Source of the DNA: Gemmatimonadota bacterium
GTDB lineage: Bacteria; Gemmatimonadota; Gemmatimonadetes; Longimicrobiales; Gaopeijiaceae
Length of the DNA: 64,000 nt
Assembly: GCA_034521595.1 (NCBI GenBank)
Contig: JAXHMG010000003.1
Location: 1,120,001 to 1,184,000, forward strand
Direction: 5' to 3'
In this document: piece after piece, positions 57,911 through 64,000 of the stretch
Numbering within the stretch: position 1 is the first letter of the stretch
How the letters are laid out: each line of letters opens with the position of its first letter
Made by a program: the position numbers and the translations under genes
Notes under the pieces: model-generated
What the model saw: the letters and a program-made list of their open reading frames with translations, nothing else
Databases searched by the model: none
Told to the model about the DNA's origin: nothing

Positions 57911-58522
57911 ATGAACGAGTTCCTCCAGTGGATGCTGGGAATTCCGCGAGGCGTGACCTACGCACTGCTCGCGACGGGGGCGGCGTTGGAGAATGTCGTG
58001 CCCGCCATACCGGCCGATACGTTCGTCGCCCTCGGTGGCCTTCTTACCGTCGTCGGAACGCTGGACGCCCGCGTCATCTTCGTCTCTACCTGGATCGCGA
58101 ACGTCGGCTCGGCCCTCTTCATGTACCGGATGGGACACAAACACGGCCGCGGATTCTTCGAGACGGGGTGGGGCAGCCGGTTGCTCGCGCCCCACCAGAT
58201 GGAGCGAATGGAGGTCTTCTACGCGCGCTGGGGCGTGCTGGCCATCTTCTTCACCCGCTTTCTTCCGGGCCTCAGAGCCATCGTCCCCGTCTTCGCCGGC
58301 GTGACGCACCACGGTTTCCTCCCGGTCGCGATTCCCCTGTCGGTGGCGTCCGCGCTCTGGTACGGGGGATTGGTTTGGCTGGGTGCGTTCGCGGGAAGGA
58401 ATCTCTCCTTGCTCGCTGCGCTCCTCGATCGGCTGAACAGCGTTCTCGGTCTTGCCGCGCTCGTGATCGGAGCCGGTGTGGCGCTGTGGTGGTGGAAGTC
58501 CCGCCATCCCCCGCATGAGTGA
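57911..58522 (+). CDS. DedA family membrane protein
   Basis: LENVVPAIPAD, RFLPGLR, PVFAG. Confidence 0.9.
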   Translation: MNEFLQWMLGIPRGVTYALLATGAALENVVPAIPADTFVALGGLLTVVGTLDARVIFVSTWIANVGSALFMYRMGHKHGRGFFETGWGSRLLAPHQMERMEVFYARWGVLAIFFTRFLPGLRAIVPVFAGVTHHGFLPVAIPLSVASALWYGGLVWLGAFAGRNLSLLAALLDRLNSVLGLAALVIGAGVALWWWKSRHPPHE

Positions 58523-59417
58523 GCGAGACCGGGCGTTTCGCGCCGAGCAGTTTCGGGACTACCTCGCGTTCGAGCGGGGACTGTCCGCCCGCACGGTGGA
58601 AGGATACCAGCGCGACCTGCGAAAGCTCTTCGCGCACCTCGTGTCCGAAGGCGTCACGCGACCGGAAGACGTCTCGCCGAAGCATGTCCGGACATGGATC
58701 TATGCCCTCCGTGAAGACGGTCTCGCCGCCACGTCGGTTCGTCGGGCCCGTTCGGCCGCCCGCACGTATTTCAGCTTTCTGTTGGCGGAAGGCTACATTG
58801 CCGCCGACCCGACCGAGCACCTGGCGGCACCGAGAGTCGAGCGGAAGTTGCCCGATCATCTCACCGTGGAAGAGGTCGGGCGGCTTCTCGAAGCGCCCGA
58901 CCCCGGCCACCCGCTCCACTGGCGCGATCGAGCTATCCTGGAGTTCCTCTATGCGACGGGCGTCCGAGTCTCGGAGCTTACGGAACTGCCGCTCACCCTG
59001 GTCGATCTCGACGAGGGTTTCGCCACGGTGTACGGGAAAGGCTCCAAGGAACGGCTCGTCCCCGTCGGCACACCCGCGCTTACCGCGCTCCGTCGTTACC
59101 TCACCGACGTCCGCCCGACGCTCGACCGGGGCATGGGGTTGGGCAAGGTCTTTCTGAGCGCACGGGGGCGTCCCCTCCGCCGAGAGTCGGTCTGGAGAGT
59201 GGTTCGGCACGCCGCTCGACGTGCCGGCCTCCGGCGCGACATCTCACCGCATACCCTGAGACACACCTTCGCGACCCACCTGGTGGAGGGTGGTGCCGAC
59301 CTGGCCGCAGTGCAGGAGCTCCTCGGGCACGTCGACATCTCGACCACGGAAATCTACACTCACGTGGACCGGCAATATCTACGGGACATGCACCGGAGAT
59401 TCCACCCGCGGCGGTGA
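58515..59417 (+). CDS. xerD: Tyrosine recombinase XerD
   Basis: ERGLS, RDRAILEFLYATGVRVSEL, GKGSKER, HTLRHTFATH, LGH, TEIYTHV. Confidence 0.92.
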   Translation: MSERDRAFRAEQFRDYLAFERGLSARTVEGYQRDLRKLFAHLVSEGVTRPEDVSPKHVRTWIYALREDGLAATSVRRARSAARTYFSFLLAEGYIAADPTEHLAAPRVERKLPDHLTVEEVGRLLEAPDPGHPLHWRDRAILEFLYATGVRVSELTELPLTLVDLDEGFATVYGKGSKERLVPVGTPALTALRRYLTDVRPTLDRGMGLGKVFLSARGRPLRRESVWRVVRHAARRAGLRRDISPHTLRHTFATHLVEGGADLAAVQELLGHVDISTTEIYTHVDRQYLRDMHRRFHPRR

Positions 59418-59508
59418 GCTGCATGCTCCTGCCCCGACGCGTATCCGGCGTCCCAGGGCGCGCGGGGGTTGGCCGTGCCGATATCGCGCGAGCTTCTTCA
59501 GCGACCGT

Positions 59509-61110
59509 TCAGTGCGACCGGGACTGCGCTCCGTGTGCGGTTTCGGCCTCCCGCTCCTCGTCCACGACCGAGAACAGCTCCGCCTGGGTGCTCGCCGCGG
59601 TCAGAAGCCTCACCGCCTCCTGGAGCACGGGATCGCGTTCTCGACGCAGATCCGCCTCGGCCCCGAGATCGTCCATCCGCTGAGCAACGGCCACCCGCAC
59701 GCGCCAATCGAGGTAGCTTTGAACGTCGGGATCCTCGAGTAACTCCGGATCCAGTCCTTCCTCGACCAGCGACTCCCGGAACGCCTCCGTCTCGGAATCC
59801 GTGACCCGTGGTGGATCACCCGAGTCGAGCCGCTGGGTCGCGACGTCCAAGGCATATTCGACGATCCGCTGGTTGAGCGGAAACTCGTCGTCGACCGCCT
59901 TCTGGAGGAAGGCCTGCTCCGCGGTTTTCAGCGTGTCGTCGGCCAGGGGGAGATCGGGAAATATGCCGCCGCCGTCCACCAGCGTTCGTCCCTCCGGCGT
60001 GGTCACACGGCGGAGGGTGTCGACATCCTCTTCGAGCGGCCTCATCTCGTTGTCGCGCTCCCGCTGGAGCGAGCGCCCGAGCGGGGTCAGCCACGATCCG
60101 GTCGTGAACCGCAGGCGCCTCCCGTGGGGAAGCGGCATCACCGTCTGCACGACTCCCTTTCCGAACGTTCGCTGCCCCAGAACCAGCGCACGGTCGTAGT
60201 CCTGGAGCGCGCCGGCCAGAATCTCGGCCCCCGAGGCCGTGTACTCGTCCACCAAGATGATGATCGGCAGGTCGGGCACGAGCTGAGGCCAACGGTCGGT
60301 GAAGGAGTCGGTTTCCGGATCGTCCGCCGGGCTGCCGGGGTTCCTCTGCACCGTGCTGGCCAATGTCGACCCGGGCTCGAGGAAGAGGTCCGCGAGCATG
60401 AGTGATTCATCGAGGAAGCCGCCCGGGTTGCGGCGGAGATCGATGATCAAGCCCCGCTGGTCACCGAGCTCGTGCAGGGCTTCGTTCATCTCCTGCGCGG
60501 CATTTCGCGCGACCCTATCCATTCCGACGTACCCGATCCCGCCTTCGAGCACGCCGTAGCTGACGGCGGGCATGTGCACCTCTTCCCGCGTGATGTCGAA
60601 CGAGAAGGGTTCGTCGTATCCTTTTCGGAGCACATCGACGTGCACCTCGGTTCCCTCCGGCCCGCGGATCGAATCGGCCGTCATGCCGGTGCTCCAGTCC
60701 GAGGCGTCGTGCCCGTTTACGCCAACGATCACGTCGCCGACCTGGATACCCATCTCGCTGGCGGGAAAGCCCCGGAACACTCCAGTGACGGTCACCGCCT
60801 CGTTCAGCAGCGTGATCTGGAGGCCGATGCCGGAGTAGTTACCGGTGGTGGCCTCTTCCCACTCGTCCGCCTCCTCGGGCGTGAAGATCTCCGCGTAGGG
60901 GTCGTCGAGCGCGGCGATCAAGCCGTCGATCGCGCCTTCCCAGAGCAGCGAATCGTCGAACTCCTCCATGTGCATGGACGAGATCGCGTCGATCGCGTCG
61001 GTGAGGACGGCCGGTCCGGACGCCTGAGACGAGTCGGACTGCTGGGCGGATAGCCCGGCCGTGCCCACGGCGAGGAGAAGCGCGAGTGTCGAGGAAGTTC
61101 GGATCTTCAT
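59509..61110 (-). CDS. S41 family carboxy-terminal processing protease (CtpA-like)
   Basis: Signal peptide, LDDPY, PDZ GIG, DLRRNPGG, TASGAE (Ser), TFGKG (Lys). Confidence 0.93.
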   Translation of the reverse strand: MKIRTSSTLALLLAVGTAGLSAQQSDSSQASGPAVLTDAIDAISSMHMEEFDDSLLWEGAIDGLIAALDDPYAEIFTPEEADEWEEATTGNYSGIGLQITLLNEAVTVTGVFRGFPASEMGIQVGDVIVGVNGHDASDWSTGMTADSIRGPEGTEVHVDVLRKGYDEPFSFDITREEVHMPAVSYGVLEGGIGYVGMDRVARNAAQEMNEALHELGDQRGLIIDLRRNPGGFLDESLMLADLFLEPGSTLASTVQRNPGSPADDPETDSFTDRWPQLVPDLPIIILVDEYTASGAEILAGALQDYDRALVLGQRTFGKGVVQTVMPLPHGRRLRFTTGSWLTPLGRSLQRERDNEMRPLEEDVDTLRRVTTPEGRTLVDGGGIFPDLPLADDTLKTAEQAFLQKAVDDEFPLNQRIVEYALDVATQRLDSGDPPRVTDSETEAFRESLVEEGLDPELLEDPDVQSYLDWRVRVAVAQRMDDLGAEADLRRERDPVLQEAVRLLTAASTQAELFSVVDEEREAETAHGAQSRSH

Positions 61111-61250
61111 GAGGTACCCTTACGTCTTACGGTTCACTCCGGAGTCATCTAACCCCTCGAGGGACCTGCTCGTTCCGCCCTGTCGAGCGGTTTGGCGGAT
61201 GCACTGCAACCCTTGCGCCAAACAGATACCTTTCCGTCGTTGCTCGCAAC

Positions 61251-63116
61251 ATGCCCGTGCCGGAGGCCCGGCGCCACGTGACCGTTTCCACCGAGACGCA
61301 CCACCCCATGCACCAAGGTCATTCCTCCGCCCCCCTGAGCGTCGGCCTCGCCCAGGTGAAGCCCGTGAAGGGGGACGTTCCCGCCAACCTGGAACACATT
61401 CGGACGCTCGTCTCGGGGCACGCCGAGGCGAGAGACGTGGATGTCCTCCTGTGTCCCGAGGCATGTCTCAGTGGGTATTTCCTCGAAGGTGGGGTCGCCG
61501 AAGCGGCCCTCACGGTCGACGAGCTTCGGGAAGGTCTGGGCCAGCCCCCGGCTGACGCACCCGACCTCGCGGTTGGCTTCTACGAGCGCTGGAACCGACG
61601 GACCTACAATAGCGCCGCATACCTGGAGCCGACTCCGGAAGGCTGGGACGTGCGACACGTGCACCGGAAGATGTTCTTGCCCACCTACGGCGTGTTCGAC
61701 GAGGGACGGTTCGTGGAAGCGGGAGCGGGCGTCGAAGCATTCGACACCCGCTTCGGACGGTTCGGCTTGTTGATCTGCGAAGACGCGTGGCACTCGCTGC
61801 CGGGGACCATTCTCGCCGTCGGGGGCGCGGAGCTGATTCTCGTCCCCAGCGCCTCACCGTCCAGGGGATTCGCTCCGGAGCGGGAAGGCCGCCCGGGGAA
61901 TCTCGCCCGGTGGGATCAACTCGCCCCCGCGATGGCGATGGAGCACGGCCTGTTCGTGGCGGTCGCCCAGCTCGCGGGGTCGGAAGGAGGCAAAGTGTTT
62001 CCGGGCGGATCCGTCGCGGTCGATCCCGGAGGTGAGGTCCTCGGCCGCGGACCGCTCTACGACGAAGGGGTCACGATCACCCACATGGATGCGGGTGCGA
62101 TCCAACGGGCACGTGCCGCGACTCCTCTGTTGTCCGACCTCGAGAAGATGCTCCCCAGGCTCGAGCGTTCCCTGCAGCGTGCGCACGCACGGGCGGAGCA
62201 GCGACACGGTGCAACCGAGCCCCTCCAGCCATCCGATCCTCCGCTCAACGGACGTATGGGCGCACGAGTGGGCCCCGGGCGAGCGCCGGTGGAGTACGTT
62301 TCTTCGCTGGACCTCGACCTCCCGTTGGTGCGCGAGACCCTCGTCGAGTTCATCCGAGAGGAGGTCAGGCGGCGGCGTGGCTTCGAACGCGTCGTCGTCG
62401 GCGTCTCGGGCGGTGTCGACTCCGCGGTCTCCCTGTTTCTGGCCTGCGAGGCGCTGGGTCCCGAAAATGTGTACGGGCTCCGGTTGCCATACCGGACCTC
62501 GAGTCAGGACAGCCTGGACCACGCTTCCCTGGCGCTGGATGCCACCGGGGCGCAGACGCGCACGATCGACATTTCCGATCCGATCGATCGGTACGTGGCC
62601 CAGCACGAGCCCGACATCACACCGACCCGCAAGGGGAATCTCATGGCGCGGATGCGCGCCGTCGTCCTCTTCGATCAATCCGCCAAGCTCGATGCGCTCC
62701 CGCTCGGCACCGGGAACAAAAGCGAACGATTGCTCGGATACTTCACATGGCACGCGGACGACTCGCCCCCCATCAATCCGATCGGCGACCTCTTCAAGAC
62801 CCAGGTATGGGCGTTGGCGCGTCACCTGGAGATCCCGGACGTGATCGTCGACAAGCCGGCCACCGCGGACCTGGTCCAGGGCGTCGACGATGAAGACGAG
62901 CTCGGGATCTCGTATCATGCGGCCGACCCGATTCTGCATGCGCTCTTGCAGGGCCATCGACGGCAGGATCTCGCGGAGATCGGGTTCGATCCGGAGGCGG
63001 TCGACCTCGTCTGGAAGCGGCTGAACGCCACGCACTGGAAGCGAGAGCTTCCCACGGTGGCGGTCCTCTCGTCGACCGCCATCGGGGCGTTCTACCTCAG
63101 ACCCGTGGACTACTGA
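61251..63116 (+). CDS. nadE: Glutamine-dependent NAD+ synthetase (nitrilase domain fused to NAD synthetase)
   Basis: Glu-Lys-Cys triad (PE, RKMFLP, ICED); SGGVDS, GTGNKSE, KTQV; start uncertain. Confidence 0.92.
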   Translation: MPVPEARRHVTVSTETHHPMHQGHSSAPLSVGLAQVKPVKGDVPANLEHIRTLVSGHAEARDVDVLLCPEACLSGYFLEGGVAEAALTVDELREGLGQPPADAPDLAVGFYERWNRRTYNSAAYLEPTPEGWDVRHVHRKMFLPTYGVFDEGRFVEAGAGVEAFDTRFGRFGLLICEDAWHSLPGTILAVGGAELILVPSASPSRGFAPEREGRPGNLARWDQLAPAMAMEHGLFVAVAQLAGSEGGKVFPGGSVAVDPGGEVLGRGPLYDEGVTITHMDAGAIQRARAATPLLSDLEKMLPRLERSLQRAHARAEQRHGATEPLQPSDPPLNGRMGARVGPGRAPVEYVSSLDLDLPLVRETLVEFIREEVRRRRGFERVVVGVSGGVDSAVSLFLACEALGPENVYGLRLPYRTSSQDSLDHASLALDATGAQTRTIDISDPIDRYVAQHEPDITPTRKGNLMARMRAVVLFDQSAKLDALPLGTGNKSERLLGYFTWHADDSPPINPIGDLFKTQVWALARHLEIPDVIVDKPATADLVQGVDDEDELGISYHAADPILHALLQGHRRQDLAEIGFDPEAVDLVWKRLNATHWKRELPTVAVLSSTAIGAFYLRPVDY

Positions 63117-63117
63117 G

Positions 63118-63696
63118 ATGTTGCTCGTCATCGACAACTATGATTCGTTCACCTTCAACCTCGTGCAGCTCCTGGGACAGCTCGGCGAGGATCCGATGGT
63201 GCTGCGCAACGACGACCGGAGCGTCGCCGAGATCGCCGCGCTCGCGCCGCGAGCCATCGTCGTCTCGCCGGGCCCCGGGACTCCTGCGACGGCCGGAGTG
63301 AGTGTGGACGTGATTCGGCGGCTGGGCGGGGAAGGGACGCCGGTGCTCGGAGTATGTCTGGGGCATCAGTGCCTCGGCGAGGCTTTCGGGGGTCGCACGA
63401 TACGGGCCCATCGCACGATGCACGGAAAGACGGGGCCGATCCGGCATACGGGAGAAGGGTTGTTCCGGGGCTTGCCCGAATCCGTGAACGTGGCCCGCTA
63501 CCACTCGCTCGTCACCGACGCGTCACACCTTCCGGATGTCCTGCTACCGATGGCCTGGAGCACCGACGAGGCCGACGAAGGCGAAATTCAAGCCATGCGG
63601 CACCAGGAGCTTCCACTCTGGGGGGTCCAGTTCCATCCCGAGTCCCTCTTCAGCGCGCACGGTGGGCAGCTCCTCTCGAACTTCCTGGAGCTCTGA
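63118..63696 (+). CDS. Aminodeoxychorismate/anthranilate synthase component II (PabA/TrpG)
   Basis: IDNYDSFT, SPGPG, GVCLGHQ, RYHSL, QFHPES. Confidence 0.95.
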   Translation: MLLVIDNYDSFTFNLVQLLGQLGEDPMVLRNDDRSVAEIAALAPRAIVVSPGPGTPATAGVSVDVIRRLGGEGTPVLGVCLGHQCLGEAFGGRTIRAHRTMHGKTGPIRHTGEGLFRGLPESVNVARYHSLVTDASHLPDVLLPMAWSTDEADEGEIQAMRHQELPLWGVQFHPESLFSAHGGQLLSNFLEL

Positions 63697-63730
63697 CGTG
63701 ATGCGGCCCGAGTCGGGCCGATTCATCGGG

Positions 63731-63760
63731 TTGACCCTCCCCCCTGGAACCCGGTAGCTT
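63731..63760 (+). promoter_or_regulatory. Candidate sigma70 promoter for kdsB
   Basis: TTGACC-N18-TAGCTT. Confidence 0.6.
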
Positions 63761-63814
63761 TCTTGGCGTGAATTTTGCATACCCCGCGCGCGCCTCCGTT
63801 AACCGGGATGTCTC

Positions 63815-64000
63815 GTGAGTGGTCGAGTTCTGGGGGTGGTTCCGGCTCGCCTCGCGTCCACCCGGCTTCCGGAGAAGCCACTGTATCCGATCCTCGGCCG
63901 CCCGCTCATCGATTGGGTGTGGCGACGCGTCGCCACGATGAGGGTATTCGACGACCTCGTCGTCGCCACGGACTCGGAGCGGATCGTGGACGCTTGTCGG
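63815..64000 (+). CDS. kdsB: 3-deoxy-manno-octulosonate cytidylyltransferase, 3'-truncated by window edge
   Basis: Manual translation: MSGRVLGVVPARLASTRLPEKPLYPILGRPLIDWVW...VVATDSERI. Confidence 0.9.
   Translation, partial: MSGRVLGVVPARLASTRLPEKPLYPILGRPLIDWVWRRVATMRVFDDLVVATDSERIVDACR

Noticed and set aside
57868-57914. Bridge ORF between ispF and dedA
   Set aside because: GTGA start exists but is out of phase with the dedA ATGA; counter-example.
58515-59417. Tyrosine recombinase as a mobile-element integrase
   Set aside because: XerD size and motifs, housekeeping context, no att sites or cargo seen.
59414-59683. ORF starting on the xerD stop
   Set aside because: Runs antisense into the S41 protease gene; no motif.

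Overview
High-GC bacterial chromosomal segment made mostly of core genes; gene order and protein style suggest Gemmatimonadota (inference, not tested). No rRNA, tRNA, CRISPR array, transposase or prophage was recognised. Content in order: partial XRE-HTH gene, RlmI-like methyltransferase, class-V aminotransferase, DAO-family oxidoreductase, small hypothetical genes, a secreted Tyr/Trp-rich protein with a long Arg/Ser/Pro tail, rho, an SRPBCC-tesA/ybbAP module, class-I/II aminotransferase, MFS-copC-copD followed by an 8-gene Mrp-type antiporter cluster, a betaine-type ABC importer divergent from a lone egtD, dcd, a complete nuoA-N operon with a Rex-like operator, PMM/PGM, UPF0182, sucCD-CBS-ndk-yceD-rpmF-plsX-fabH-fabD-fabG-acpP-fabF-ispF-dedA-xerD, an S41 protease, fused nadE, pabA/trpG and partial kdsB. 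The most unusual signal: six intra-operon gaps are exactly spanned by unannotated 10-55 codon 'bridge' ORFs whose start overlaps the upstream stop and whose stop overlaps the downstream start, suggesting a ribosome relay (or deletion scars kept in frame). Start codons were re-chosen by eye and all product calls come from motif recognition, not database searches.
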